Source: Dehalococcoidia bacterium | GTDB taxonomy: Bacteria; Chloroflexota; Dehalococcoidia; Plut-88900 | Direction of reading: 5' to 3' | Length of the DNA stretch: 64,000 bases | NCBI GenBank assembly: GCA_965207225.1 | Contig: CBDBLV010000003.1 | Location: 64,001-128,000 of the forward strand | Translations under genes and position numbers: made by a program | The notes under the pieces: generated by a model | Databases searched by the model: none | What the model was told of the DNA's origin: nothing | The model's input: the letters and a program-made list of their open reading frames with translations, nothing else | Shown: positions 1-11,666 of the stretch, piece by piece | How positions within the stretch are numbered: the first letter of the stretch is position 1 | How the letters are laid out: the number at the start of each line of letters is the position of its first letter

Positions 1-245
1 TGGTAAAAGTGCAATTCCGGCGTCTCCGGAGAGCGCCCTAACTTTAGCACAGCTTCTCCCCAACTTGCATTTTTTACCGTTGACCGGTCGAGGACGTTGC
101 AGCCCCTTTTGTAGCTGAATTAGGGGAATATGACCGGTCTTGGGTATTTCAGGAGCCCGGCGGATGTACAGCTTGTACCGTTTTGCGGCTCCCAGACGGC
201 AGGGAGGGCAGATAGCGTTGCATCGACGCTATCTATGTGCCACGG
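1..245 (-). promoter_or_regulatory. Conserved non-coding block downstream of Replic_Relax (candidate oriT/ori)
   Basis: Reverse complement aligns with ~15776-16003. GACCGGTC palindromes at 82-89 and 132-139; GTAGCTGAAT at 111-120. Confidence 0.5.
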
Positions 246-1975
246 TCATCGCCCCCTTCTATAGGATGCCTCTACAGGACTCTGCCGCATCCGGTGGTAG
301 AGACTGTCCCACTGGTAGGCGCTCAGCCCTGACAGCGCCAGTCGGGGGGAGGACGGCTCCCACAAGGGACGCCAGGACGCCCCCAGTATCCCCCTGGGTG
401 ACAGGACGGGGATGCAGGACACCAGGACGGGCAGCGACATCCGGTGCATCCGGGCGGCGGTATTCACGTAGGTCTCCTCCACTTCCTCGGTGTCTACCAC
501 GAACAGCGTGACGGGGTACGGGGGCAGGTCATCTTTGTGCTCATTCGACCAGTAGTAGTCTTCGTAGGGCTCCAGGCGGGCGATCACTCCCCTAGGGTGG
601 CGGGCGCGAAGCTCGTGCTCGAGGTAGAAGGGCACGGGATGGCCCCCGGCGAGAAGGTGCCCAACGGCGTCGGGGGCGATGGCCGACTGTCCCCAGTTGT
701 AGGCCCGGTCGGACCTGGCGGTGGGGACAAGCCATACAAGCTCACTGTCGGGATCGGAACGGGTCTCAGATGCAAGCTGCGAGAGGAACCAAGTGATGCC
801 GTCCGTGTGCCTCGTCTGCCTCGCCCACGTCTCGATGCGGTGGCCTACGTGCCGGGGGCGGCCCTCTTTGTCGGTGGTGCGCTCCGTGCTCCAGATGCCC
901 CTCGTGGTGGGCAGCTCGGCCCGGTCCCGGTGGGTGACGTAGCGTATGCCCTCGTCGGACAGGGTGTAGCGCACCTCGCCCCGTTTGCCGTGACGTTCCA
1001 CCAGTCCCCAGGTCTTCACAAGGCTGCGCATCATCTGGCTGACGCGTCCCTCGGAGACGCCGAGCCAGGTGGCCAGGTGCTCGCGGGGGATCATCGGGTG
1101 GTCGGTGATCAGGTCCAGCGTCCGCTTCTCCGAAGGGCTGAGGCCGAAGGCGGGTGACCCCCCCACCAGGCGCTCAGGTTGAGGGAGTGAAGCTCGCTTC
1201 CGCTCCGGCGACGCCGTGAGGGATGTTCGTCTTCTCCCCGGCTTGCCCCGGGAGATTACCCGCTCCAGCGTCAGGTACGAACGCCCGGACAGCCCCGTCG
1301 TCTCCTGCCAGACGCGGCGGTTCCGTCTTTCCAGGGCGGTCCTGGACTCCACGGCGATGAAGAAGTCCGTCAGATCGACCCGTTCGCAGAAGCTCCCCGT
1401 CTGCCTCCGCTCCCACACGCTGGGCACCAGGATGAGAATCACGTCGGGGCGGCGGCTGGAGTCGTAGTGCGACAAGGCTCGCAGCCGGTCGTGGAGGGAG
1501 CGCCTGAGCAGGGCCAGGCCCTGGCGGACGATACCTAAGTCTCGCCCATCGTGGAGGGTGATGACGGCGTCGAAGCGGCCCTTGCGGTGAAACTCCACGC
1601 GGGATCGGAGCCCGTCCGTGCCGGGGGACATGGTGGCGGCGAGGCGGTAGACGGAGGCCACCGCGTCCATCCTGCGGATGAGCAGCGTGAGCCACTCCCT
1701 GGACATGGGTAGGCCCGCACGAAGTCCGAGGGCGTGTCGTAGTCCACGAAGTCGGCGGTCTCCCTGATGCCCTGCGGCGTCAGGCAGTATCTTGCGCTCG
1801 ACGGCAGATGCACGGTGCCGTGGGTGGCCTTCCCCACGATGCCGTCGGACAGCAGCTCGGACAGATAGCGGTGGACGGTTGCGTGGGGCTCGCCTAGGAT
1901 GAGCGCCAGATCCGTCGATTCGATGAACGGCATCCGGCTGAGGGCGTCGAGCAACCGTCGGTCTGACAAAGACAT
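246..1975 (-). pseudogene. Replic_Relax (MOB_C-like) protein, copy 1, frameshifted
   Basis: N-terminal wHTH (MSLSDRRLLDALSRMPF, ATG at 1975) is in a different frame from the 486-aa ORF. The DNA reads TACCCATG here versus TACCCCATG in copy 2, a one-C loss near 1707. C-terminal PDA...FYLEHE nuclease-like motif. Confidence 0.75.
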
Positions 1976-2224
1976 GCGTTGAGCGTAACGAGGAAGCGCA
2001 TCGGTGGGCAACCGATACGTGTCAGCGGCGGTGTGGCGACTCTGGCGGGCATTCCACTTAACATCAACGAGGTTTTTCTTCTTCCGACAGGTGGTGGACC
2101 CGGGTACTTTGCAAAACGTTGGTGCAAGGGGTTTTGTAGTAGGACACAGGGCTCTGTGCGGTTGCTGCCAAGTAGTCTCACTGCTATAGTGAGGCTGCCT
2201 TAGTCCTCGTGCCGGAGAAAGGGA

Positions 2225-3100
2225 ATGGAATTCGTAGACAGAATTGTGGAAGGAAATTGCCAGCAGGCCCTTAGGGACGTGCCTGACAATTCGGTTGATC
2301 TTATATTCACTTCGCCGCCTTACGCTGACCAGAGGAAAAGCACCTACGGCGGAATAAAGCCTGACGATTACGTGGAATGGTTTCTTCCCAAGGCTGACCA
2401 ATTCTACCGCGTCCTGAAGCCGTCCGGTACGTTCATCCTCAACATCAAAGAGCGCGTCGTCAATGGAGAGCGTCACACCTACGTGATGGAGTTGGTGCTT
2501 GAGATGCGTAGGCGAGGTTGGCTATGGACTGAAGAGTTCATCTGGCATAAGAAGAACTCATACCCCGGCAAATGGCCCAATCGGTTCAGGGACAACTGGG
2601 AACGCCTTATACAATTCAACAAGCGAAAAGACTTCAACATGTACCAGGAAGAGGTGATGATACCCGTAGGAACCTGGGCAGAGCATCGCCTCTCAAATCT
2701 CAGTGATACAGACCAGATCAGAGACGAATCCAAGGTGGGCAGCGGGTTTGGCAAGAACGTATCCAATTGGCTTGGTCGAGACAAGGTGTATCCCAATAAC
2801 GTCCTCCACATGGCCACTGAGTCTTCAAACAAGAACCACAGTGCCGTCTTTCCCGTTGCGTTGCCCACCTGGTTCATCAAGCTTTTCACCCAACCCGAGG
2901 ACCTAGTGCTGGACCCTTTCCTCGGTTCCGGAAGCACGGCGGTGGCCGCTCTCAACTTGGGCAGACACTTCCTCGGCATCGAAATCAACAGCGAGTACGC
3001 GGAGTTGGCCAGGGAACGGGTGCTAAGGGCGGGGGACGCCATACCCTCGGTCAACGGGGCTGAGATGGCGGATGAGGCAATGCAGGGGGTCGCTGGATGA
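2225..3100 (+). CDS. Beta-class DNA amino-methyltransferase (probably N4-cytosine)
   Basis: Motif IV TSPPY precedes motif I DPFLGSGST; HSAVFP motif present. Confidence 0.92.
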   Translation: MEFVDRIVEGNCQQALRDVPDNSVDLIFTSPPYADQRKSTYGGIKPDDYVEWFLPKADQFYRVLKPSGTFILNIKERVVNGERHTYVMELVLEMRRRGWLWTEEFIWHKKNSYPGKWPNRFRDNWERLIQFNKRKDFNMYQEEVMIPVGTWAEHRLSNLSDTDQIRDESKVGSGFGKNVSNWLGRDKVYPNNVLHMATESSNKNHSAVFPVALPTWFIKLFTQPEDLVLDPFLGSGSTAVAALNLGRHFLGIEINSEYAELARERVLRAGDAIPSVNGAEMADEAMQGVAG

Positions 3101-3858
3101 AATCGCTGGATTTCGACGTTGTGCGGCGGTACGTCAACGAACACATCGGCGTCTTCCATCAGGGGCGACTCGACACCTTGAACAAGCTGGATCTGAAGCG
3201 AGCGCTCCAGAAGAACCCCTATCTGTTCAGGGCCAAAAATGTCTTGACCGCATCGGAGATGATCAACGGCATCATGGATGCGTTCCTGTCCTCCTCCGAA
3301 GAAGAGCGCTTCGGCACATTCCTTGAGGGGCTTGCCGTATTTGTAGCTGAACAGACAACTGGGGGACACAAGTCGGCAGCGTCCGGCATCGACTTGGAGT
3401 TTAGCAACCAAGGCGTCCACTACCTGGTCTCAGTGAAGTCCGGCCCCAATTGGGGTAACGCAGCCCAACAGAATCAATTGGAGCGCGAGTTGAGGGACGG
3501 TGTGGCGAGGCTGCAACAGCGAAGGCCCGGGGCAAATGTACAATCCGTCCTGGGCATATGTTACGGCCGCGTTCGTACGCGATATCTCCGTGGCTACTTG
3601 AAACTAGTTGGACAGAATTTCTGGTATTTCATCAGCGAGAATAAGGACTTGTATACGGAGATCATCGAGCCAATCGGATACCGTGCTAAGGAACACAACG
3701 AGGAATACGAGCGCAGCAAGGCTCAAGTGACCAATCGTTTGACCGCAGCCTTTATCGGGGATTACTGCTATCCCTCCGGCGAAATTGATTGGCCTAAGCT
3801 AGTTTATGCGGCCTGCGGCAACTACGACTTGGATAGATTCTTCGGTCGTTCGAGATAG
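3097..3858 (+). CDS. Type II restriction endonuclease, EcoO109I/PmeII-like
   Basis: ATGA overlap with the MTase; motifs KNPYLF, GIDLEF, SVKSGPNWGN. Confidence 0.8.
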   Translation: MKSLDFDVVRRYVNEHIGVFHQGRLDTLNKLDLKRALQKNPYLFRAKNVLTASEMINGIMDAFLSSSEEERFGTFLEGLAVFVAEQTTGGHKSAASGIDLEFSNQGVHYLVSVKSGPNWGNAAQQNQLERELRDGVARLQQRRPGANVQSVLGICYGRVRTRYLRGYLKLVGQNFWYFISENKDLYTEIIEPIGYRAKEHNEEYERSKAQVTNRLTAAFIGDYCYPSGEIDWPKLVYAACGNYDLDRFFGRSR

Positions 3859-3908
3859 CTGAACACACCCTCGTGAGCATCTAGAGTCCCATCCACAATT
3901 CGAAGATA

Positions 3909-3958
3909 GTTCTGCCTACCGTCAACTCAGGCCCACCAGACTTGATAAAATCAAGAAC
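3909..3958. other. LSR recombination junction J1 (E-left | E-mid)
   Basis: GTTCTGCCTACCGTCAACTCAGGC-CC-ACCAGACTTGATAAAATCAAGAAC: a 50-bp imperfect inverted repeat centred on CC at 3933-3934. Confidence 0.85.
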
Positions 3959-4055
3959 CTTCGCGTTGAAGCTCGTGTTGGACCTGTAGGCTGAGCCTTG
4001 TCCTGTTCCCGTTGAGAGAGGGCCCCCCAAGGAGAGGTGAGGAAAGGCTGGACGT

Positions 4056-6464
4056 TCACATCTCGTCCCGTCCCTCGGTTTCACTCGCCGGCATGCGGTA
4101 GCCTACACGCGGCTCGGTGAAGATGTACTTCGGGACGTTGGCGTCGTCGCCCAGCCTGCGACGCAGGTTTCTCATCGTGGCGCGCAGCAACTGGACAGCG
4201 CGGGTGTATGTTGCTCCCCAGACCTTTTCCAGGATCTGGTCATGAGTCAAAACTCGCCCGGCGCTGATCGAAAGCTCGAAGAGCAGCTTGTACTCGGTCG
4301 GAGACAACTGCGCCCGATGGCCGGCTACAGTCACGGCTCGGTCTGCGTAGTCGATAACCAACTCTCCCAGACGATAGGGCTGACGCCGCGTCGCCTTGCC
4401 AGTTGACCGCCGCTTCCGTAATGAAGCTTCGACTCTCGCAGTTAATTCGGTCGCGGAGAAAGGCTTGACGATATAGTCGTCGGCACCCATTTTGAGAGCC
4501 TTCACAACATTCTCTTCCTGATCGTTCGCGGACAGAAAGATGACCGGCACGTCGGACAACTCGCGGACGCGACGCATCAGTTCGAGCCCGCTGGTCCCCG
4601 GAACCATCAGGTCCATCAAGACCAGGTGAGGATGCTCCAACTCCAGGATATGCATCATCTCATCCGGGTTCCCCGTCCCGAAAGTCGTGTGTCCATGGTC
4701 ATTGAGTATGGTTCGAAGAAGCCGCAAGACTTGAGGCTCGTCGTCCACAGCAAGAATCTTCGTTCCATCATGCGGCGTGATGACTTGAACGTCATTCGCT
4801 GACTTCTGAACGGCGGCCATGGGAATCGTAAAGGTGATCCTGGTCCCCTGTCCCTCTCCACCGCTTTCGGCCAGGATGCGACCTCCATGCGCCTCTACAA
4901 TACCCTTGCAGATCGCGAGCCCCAGGCCCTCTCCCGCGACCCGCTGCTCGCGACCATCGCCCTCAATCCGAGAGAACTTCTTGAACAGATTGGGCAACTC
5001 GTCGGCAGGTATTCCTCTGCCTCCGTCTGTTACGGAGAACGCGACATAAACGTCTTCCCGCGATGCACTCACCCTGATCGTTGTTGAATCTCCTGAGTAC
5101 TTGGATGCGTTGGACAGTAGGTTGTTCAGCACTTGACCGATACGCTGGCTATCCGCCGCGATCTGCGGAAGATCGGGCGGGAGTTCGACTTCGATGGGAT
5201 TCCGTCGCCCTTGGCGAACAAACGCCATTCTCGCCTCGTCGACAATCTCCTCCACATCCGTAGGTTCGAGAGTTACTGACAATGCCCCCGCTTCTATCTG
5301 CGTCATGTCGAGAAGGTTGTTGACGAGGTCGCTCAGATGGTCGGACTGCCCATCTATCATTCGGAAGTACTGGAGCATTTCGGAAATGGTGGGGGGACTG
5401 GATCTAGCCAACACGATGCCAGTACAGCCTTTGATTGTGGTCAGCGGTGTTCGCAACTCATGGCTCACCATGGCGAGGAACTCGCGGCGCAGACGTTCGA
5501 CCTCCTCCACCGGAGTCATATCTTGTACTACGGCAACAGCGGAGACAATCTCCCCGTCATCCGAGTAGATCGGCGTGGCGTTGACGAGAGTGGTCACCTT
5601 ACGCCCATCGGGGAGATCGAACTGGATTTCTTCGGCCCGCACTACTTCGCCGCGGTCCAGCGCCCGGGCCAGGGGGCGCTCGTGGCCTTCGTATTTCTCG
5701 CCATCCGACCGGCGGTAAATCGCCACCTCGTGATAGCGCACGAGTGTGGAGCCGGGCTCCGGCGAGACACCCAGGATGCGTTCTGCCTCTCTGTTGACCG
5801 ACGCGAAGGTCCTTGTCTTGGCATCGACTACCAGGACTCCCACCGGCGAGGAATCCACTAACGCAGCCAACCGACGCCTCTCGGTCTCAACCTGGTCCCT
5901 GGTTTGCAGCTCTTGCTCGTACTTGAGAGCGTTGACTATTGAGATGGCGGCCTGTGACGCGAACATCACGAGGATATCTTCGTCTTCTTCAGAGAACTCC
6001 TTCCCACCTTCCTTCTCGGTAAGGTAGATGTTTCCGACAGGCTCGTCATGGTGGCGGATCGGCACCCCGAGGAAGGACTTCATCGGCGGGTGATTCTCAG
6101 GGAAGCCGGCCGAGCGGGAGTGCTGGCTGAGATCTGCGAGTCGTAACGGCTCTTGTATTTCGTTCAGGTATCCGAGGAGACCCAACCCTTGCGGTGGATC
6201 TCCCAGCCGACTGCGTTCTTCGGGAGTGATGCCAGAGGTGATGAACTCTCGAATTCGTCCAGCGCTGTCGAACACCCCTACCGCGCCATAACGGGCGTTG
6301 GTTAATGAGCAAGCGCCGTCAACGATTTCCTGAAGCACGGCGTCGAAGTCCAGAACCTCGGTGATGCGGCGACCGACCTCGCTCACCCTGGTGAAGCGAG
6401 CACGAAGGGTCTCGATCTCCAGCCTGAGGGCATCGTGCTTCTTCGCGGAACCATCTCGGTTCAT
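4056..6464 (-). CDS. Fused soluble sensor kinase-response regulator (GAF-PAS-HisKA-HATPase-REC-OmpR wHTH)
   Basis: SHELRTPLT H-box, NLLSNASKY N-box, GLGLAI G-box, AVDDEP receiver, KdpE-like C-terminus (YIFTEPRVGYR). No TM segment. Confidence 0.92.
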   Translation of the reverse strand: MNRDGSAKKHDALRLEIETLRARFTRVSEVGRRITEVLDFDAVLQEIVDGACSLTNARYGAVGVFDSAGRIREFITSGITPEERSRLGDPPQGLGLLGYLNEIQEPLRLADLSQHSRSAGFPENHPPMKSFLGVPIRHHDEPVGNIYLTEKEGGKEFSEEDEDILVMFASQAAISIVNALKYEQELQTRDQVETERRRLAALVDSSPVGVLVVDAKTRTFASVNREAERILGVSPEPGSTLVRYHEVAIYRRSDGEKYEGHERPLARALDRGEVVRAEEIQFDLPDGRKVTTLVNATPIYSDDGEIVSAVAVVQDMTPVEEVERLRREFLAMVSHELRTPLTTIKGCTGIVLARSSPPTISEMLQYFRMIDGQSDHLSDLVNNLLDMTQIEAGALSVTLEPTDVEEIVDEARMAFVRQGRRNPIEVELPPDLPQIAADSQRIGQVLNNLLSNASKYSGDSTTIRVSASREDVYVAFSVTDGGRGIPADELPNLFKKFSRIEGDGREQRVAGEGLGLAICKGIVEAHGGRILAESGGEGQGTRITFTIPMAAVQKSANDVQVITPHDGTKILAVDDEPQVLRLLRTILNDHGHTTFGTGNPDEMMHILELEHPHLVLMDLMVPGTSGLELMRRVRELSDVPVIFLSANDQEENVVKALKMGADDYIVKPFSATELTARVEASLRKRRSTGKATRRQPYRLGELVIDYADRAVTVAGHRAQLSPTEYKLLFELSISAGRVLTHDQILEKVWGATYTRAVQLLRATMRNLRRRLGDDANVPKYIFTEPRVGYRMPASETEGRDEM

Positions 6465-6559
6465 GTTGCCACCCGCCAGACAATCTTGAGCAACGAGGGG
6501 ATAAGAATACCGCCCATTGTACCGCAGACGTTGTCAAGGTCTGCTGACCGTCAGAAATC

Positions 6560-6610
6560 TTTGATGGTTCTTTGATGGAAACGGGGCTGTTTTTGATGGG
6601 CATTTGATAC
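6560..6610. promoter_or_regulatory. OmpR/PhoB-type tandem direct-repeat operator
   Basis: TTTGAT(GG) at 6560, 6571, 6592 and 6603 (spacing 11, 21, 11) in a divergent intergenic region. Confidence 0.65.
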
Positions 6611-6655
6611 GAGCCGCCTATGGTGGCCGGTATCACTATCTGTAGGAGGTGTGAG

Positions 6656-7480
6656 ATGAAAAACGGAATGCTCAAACTTGCTGGATGGGTCACGGCTTTC
6701 GCGTTAATTGCGGTCGCCGCGTGGGCCTCGCCCACAGCAACTGCACAAACGCCTCCGGAGGCGCAGAGTACGAATTCCGGAGCGTATTTCCTCGGAGGAG
6801 ATGGTCAGGAACGTTCATTATCTGTAGGTGATGTGGTTACACAGACACAGCGCCTTGCTGACGGCACATGCGGATCCCACGACTTTACCGTTGGGGGACG
6901 TGGGTACGTAAAGTCCATAAGTGTGGTATTTGACCAAAGCCGCTGCGCCATGGTCGTCGCTGAGATTGTCTCGGACCCTACGACCCAGGCACAGGAACCC
7001 TTTATTCAGGCCAAGTCCGAAGTGACCAGTCGTTCGACACAATCGTCGTCTGAGGCGAAGTGGCGCGTTCGAGCTGTAGGTGAGTGGCGTGGCTTTGCCA
7101 ACGAAGAATTAACACAGGCCACGGCAACAATAAAATTTAAGACATCGAGCCTCACCGGTGGCGGCCCACTTTTTGATAGATACATTGCTCCTCCTGACTG
7201 TTGGGGTAACTACAACCCGCCGACTTTCAACTGGACTGAGGACTCCTGCACGAGTCTCGGCTCCGCCTCAGACCCAGGATTGGTGTCATCAACAATTTCC
7301 GGAAAATTCCATCACGCTGTTTTTAGGTGGATGCATCATGAAATCAGATCGACGGCCAAAGCTCGTGGATGGGTATCCATACCTGCCGCGTTCGATTGGG
7401 ACTGTCGGTCAATAGGCCATGTGTCGTGGCCCTCCACCTTCCATTGCGAGAGATTGTGGAATCTTCTCAGTTGGCCATAA
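6656..7480 (+). CDS. Secreted hypothetical protein (Cys/Trp-rich)
   Basis: GGAGG RBS before ATG 6656; signal peptide ending ATA-Q. Confidence 0.7.
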   Translation: MKNGMLKLAGWVTAFALIAVAAWASPTATAQTPPEAQSTNSGAYFLGGDGQERSLSVGDVVTQTQRLADGTCGSHDFTVGGRGYVKSISVVFDQSRCAMVVAEIVSDPTTQAQEPFIQAKSEVTSRSTQSSSEAKWRVRAVGEWRGFANEELTQATATIKFKTSSLTGGGPLFDRYIAPPDCWGNYNPPTFNWTEDSCTSLGSASDPGLVSSTISGKFHHAVFRWMHHEIRSTAKARGWVSIPAAFDWDCRSIGHVSWPSTFHCERLWNLLSWP

Positions 7481-8721
7481 GTCCTGTGGCTAACGGATAT
7501 GCGCCGAATCATCCAGCCAAGCCGGGCAGTGTCTCGCCAACGTCTATGCCCGGCTCCCGGCAAGTCTGGCCGATCTAGAGGAGTGATTCTGCGAAACATC
7601 AGTTAAACAACTGATCGTGACTTCCGGATCTCTTGGTTCCATCAACAATGCACTTAAAGAGAACACTTTCACATTTGGCGGATAAGGCTACACGGCTCCC
7701 TTTATTTGTCAATGCAATATTGGCGGATGAAATATGGAGGAATCGTGAATTTCAAGCGTTTCTACTGCTCATGCTTCTCTTATTGGTCGTGTTACTGAGT
7801 TTGATCGGGGGATGTTTACCCATCCCGTTTCCGCGGGATGATGTCATTATCGGGTGACTTCACAATCAGTTGTTTCGATTACGCCCACAGCCACTCTGGC
7901 CGGTTCGGTCGAATCCACATCGGCAAGCTCTCACTGGTCTTCGTCCTTTGCGCGCTCTGGCTTTTCCCGCTCAATGTCAAAATTGACAATGTGAACGCGC
8001 CTGACTTGTACTCAAGCTCCCCTTCAACCAGCTTCCGTTGCGTGCTCATGCCTGCGATGCAAAGGCAACAGAAAACTGAGACACTCGTGGACAGTGGGCC
8101 TGGACTCATCCCCAAACACTTAATTGCCTGAGGACCGCGAAACGTGTGTCGTTGTTCAATCTCACCCTGCCTCAAGCTAAGGGAGCACCCGCGCCAACCA
8201 ACAACCTCACGCCGGTGCCTTCGCCAACACCAACACCCGCGCCGACCGACACCCCCACGCCTGTCCCTTCGGCTATGCCAACGCCGTCGCCACCCAGCCC
8301 AATAGCGGGTTTGGAGCGCGGCGCGTGGCTGGAAGAGAACAGGCCGGCATTGGCCAACCAGGTCAAGGCGCTGTCCTGGGTCTCAGACGGCGTTGACGAT
8401 ACGGAGCGCGAGGCTGCTGAAGTCTTGATTGCTATGGCCTTATGGCATCGCGACGTGTTTTACAACCTGACGAGCAAGCGATGGGTCCAGAACCACATCA
8501 CCACACACGAAGCTGCCACCATTGACGAGGTTTACTCAATTGCCAATTACGCCCCTGCACTAGCAATCGCTATGCTGGAGAAATCCTGGGTGAAGGATGA
8601 CATCACCAGGGATGAAGCCGTGGTAATTGACCGTCTGGAAAGCATCGTAAGAGCCGAGGACGAGTCCCTGCAACAGCAGGTAATTCGCAAGGTCTTCGAA
8701 ATTCTGGACATGCCATTCCTA

Positions 8722-9587
8722 GGGCCAATCGACAATTGTTAGAAACTGGTTTCAAATCGCTGTAAGAGGCGAAACAGGGAAACCGCCAGCGTGTGAGCCA
8801 TACCTAGAAACGGAGGCTTACATGAATCGGTACGAGCTAAGCGCAACGCAGTGGCGCGAGATCAAGGGGTTCCTTCCGGGGCGACCCGGTTCAGTAGGCG
8901 TGACCGCAAAGGACAACCGCAGCTTCGTCAACCGCGTCCTTTGGGTGCTGCGCAGCGGTGCTCACTGGAAGGACCGGCCGCCGAGGTACGGGAACTGGAA
9001 GAGCGCACATAAGCGGTTTACGCGCTGGGCAAGAGACGGCATCTGGGAGCGTATCTTCAAGGTGCTGCTGGCAGACCCAAAGAACGCCTGGGTCATGATC
9101 GATTCCACCATCGTCCGTGCCCATCAGCAGGCGATCTGCGGAAAAGGGGGGCCAAGAACCAGGCTCTGGGGCGTTCCAGAGGAGGACTGAGCACCAAGAT
9201 TCATATGTTGACTGACGCCGTAGGCCAGCCTATGCGCTTCATCCTGACCGGAGGGCAGGTGGCAGACTCCCCAAAGGGCATACCGTTGTTGACCGGTATT
9301 GACGCCACCCATGTGATCGCCGACAAGGGATATGACAGCGACAAAATCCTGGCCTATATCCAGGCTCAAGGAGCGGCTGCGGTCATACCGTCAACGTCAA
9401 ACCGTAAGACCCAAAGAGAGTACAGCCGGGAACTGTACCGGGAGCGTAACCTGATCGAACGAGCGTTCAACAGGCTCGAGCAGTGGCGCAGGATCGCAAC
9501 ACGCTATGACCGCAGAAGCCTTGACTTCCTCGCAGCGCTACATCTGACTGCAGCCGTCACATGGAGCACATGATTGTCGATTGGCCC
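8722..9587 (+). mobile_element. IS5-family insertion sequence (IS427-like), 866 bp
   Basis: 15-bp perfect TIR GGGCCAATCGACAAT/ATTGTCGATTGGCCC with TA (within CTAG) duplicated on both sides. Confidence 0.93.
8822..9573 (+). CDS. IS5 transposase, two ORFs joined by a probable programmed frameshift
   Basis: OrfA 8822-9190 (WVLRSGAHW, IDST) and OrfB to 9573 (ADKGYD, RNLIER, RRIATRYD); slippery AAAAAGGGGGG near 9142-9151. Confidence 0.85.
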
Positions 9588-11666
9588 TAGACACCGTTGA
9601 AAGTGCCGACGCTTCGGCGGTACGCTCACTGTAAAGTCTTGAGGACGCAGGGTCGGCTGAGTTTCTGGAGCTTATGAACCACCCCACACTCAGTGACGGC
9701 ATTGACGATGAAGAGGCAAGAATTGTTGTCTTGCTGGGCAGCACCAACAGGAATATGCCGGAACGTGTGCCTGCCCTGCTGGACGGGACCAGCGTTTCCA
9801 AGAGGAACGCATCATCAACCTGCCTCACTCTGGTGAAGTGTTGCTGGCAATCATCCGGTTCCACGACCACACCGGGCCCAACATGGATTACCTGGAGCAC
9901 GCGGTGCTGCACCATGAAGGTTCCATGGGCGAGCCGCTGCCTACCAACTACGTGGCATGGTACTTTGTGGACTACATTTCCGGCGGATGGCACGAGGGCA
10001 CTCACATAGCGTCGAATCCGGAGCGCGACCCCGCCCACGGCGAGTATTGCCGCGCGCCGAGGCACGCGGCCCATGAAACAGGCCACTACTACTGGACGGA
10101 TTCTCAGGCATGGATTAGCGAAGGTGCAGCGGATATGCTCGTCATACTCTCCGAGAATGCACGCGCCGGGCGACCACTGGTTCACAACCGGGAGCAATGC
10201 ACGTTGTTCAACACCATCAGTGAGGTTGCCGATGCAGAAAAAGGCAGCGACGCGTATGACTGCTCCTACCGGTTGGGACAGCGACTGTTCCTTGACCTGT
10301 ACCATGTCTTCGGTGAAGCAGCTTTCCGGCAGGCATTCCGTAGCCTCTACTTGAAACGATTACGTGATGACCCCACCGACGATTGCGAAGGCACCCAGCT
10401 GGGCATTTGCCACGTGGAATCGACCTTCAAGTCTGGTGTGTCGGACGAGGTCGTTGCAAAGGTTGACAAGGTCATCGGCCACTGGTTCTATGGAAGAACG
10501 GGTACCCACGAAGGGGACCGGGCGGTCTTGGGGGCGTTGTACCGCGAGATGGGAGGGAGCAGCTGGACCAACAACGCCAACTGGCTGAGCGACGCCCACA
10601 TCGGGGAGTGGCATGGCGTTGCTACTGATGCCGACGGCCGTGTTATTGAACTGAATCTCGAAGACAACCCATTGTCGGGTCAGATCCCGCCCGGATTGGG
10701 CAATCTTGCCAACTTGAGGGAACTGCTGCTCGGTTACAACCACTTGCGTGGGCCGATGCCGCCGGAATTGGGCAGCCTCACCCAATTGACCCGATTGGAA
10801 TTGGACCACAACGATCTGACCGGGGCGATACCGTCCTCCCTGGGCAGCCTCACCCAATTGACCCGGTTGGAATTGAACGACAACGGTCTGACAGGAGATA
10901 TACCTTCCTCCTTTGGAAACCTCACTCACCTAACCCGATTGGAACTCGATGGCAATAGTTTGTCTGGAAATATACGCACTTCTCTGAGCAACCTAACGGC
11001 GTTAAGGTTCCTGAGGGTGGCCTTCGGAAACCGTTTTTCAGGTTGCATACCTTTGATGTTGAACACCGTAGCGGACAACGACCTTGCGAACTTGGGTTTG
11101 ACAGATTGCTGAATTAGCAGCCTATCGTGGATTGACTTGAAGCCTGTCGGGACAATACCGCAGGAAAAAATAACAAAGTACGTCACGTCGAGACTCTAAT
11201 CATCAGGGGAGGTTGAGGGCGAGTTGGCTAGTAGGCTCCTGGGGACGGGCTTCGACGCTGAAACCTGCCAAGCTCTATCGTTTATGCCTTACGCTCTTCG
11301 CAAGCCTAGACCTGATTCTCATACGGAGAAGTTTCGTACTAAGAGCACTACAACGCATACAGCTAGTACACCACTAGACAAGTACGCAATCCAATCGTCG
11401 TCGGCGTGTAGCCAGCTCCACTGAAACCCAAGTGCCCTCTCGCAGTAGTGTAAGCACGCCTTCAGGACCAGAGCAGTGATCGCGATGCCAAGCAAGCCGA
11501 CGCACAGCCGGTCCAATGCGTCCATCAGCGTACACCTTGTTCGCTCACGATGCCTCTATCCGTGATGAGAAAGCTAAATGGGTCGATGGCCTGACTTGGG
11601 TAACTCATTGATGGTGTGTTCGATGTCAGCTTGGGCTTGTCCTCGACGATTTTGTATTCGTATTTG

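Larger units (their letters stand above)
1..3933 (-). mobile_element. E-left: right-hand part of an LSR-type integrative element (its recombinase is predicted left of the window)
   Basis: Ends in an att arm (3888-3934) nearly identical to the right arm of E-right (42843-42889). Carries a minus-strand Replic_Relax gene and a type II R-M pair. Confidence 0.75.
8146..11112 (+). pseudogene. Surface protein with PT linker, HExxH metallopeptidase-like domain and plant-type LRRs, disrupted
   Basis: Removing the IS restores ...DMPFLDTVE.... There is also an in-frame TAA near 9632 and a frameshift near 9800. Motifs HETGH and WISEG; 24-aa LRRs (LGSLTQLTRLELDHNDLTGAIPSS). 5' end uncertain. Confidence 0.75.

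Noticed and set aside
3881-4084. 67-aa minus-strand ORF as a stand-alone gene
   Set aside because: It is a chimera across junction J1; only the last 16 codons matter, as the LSR tail of E-left.
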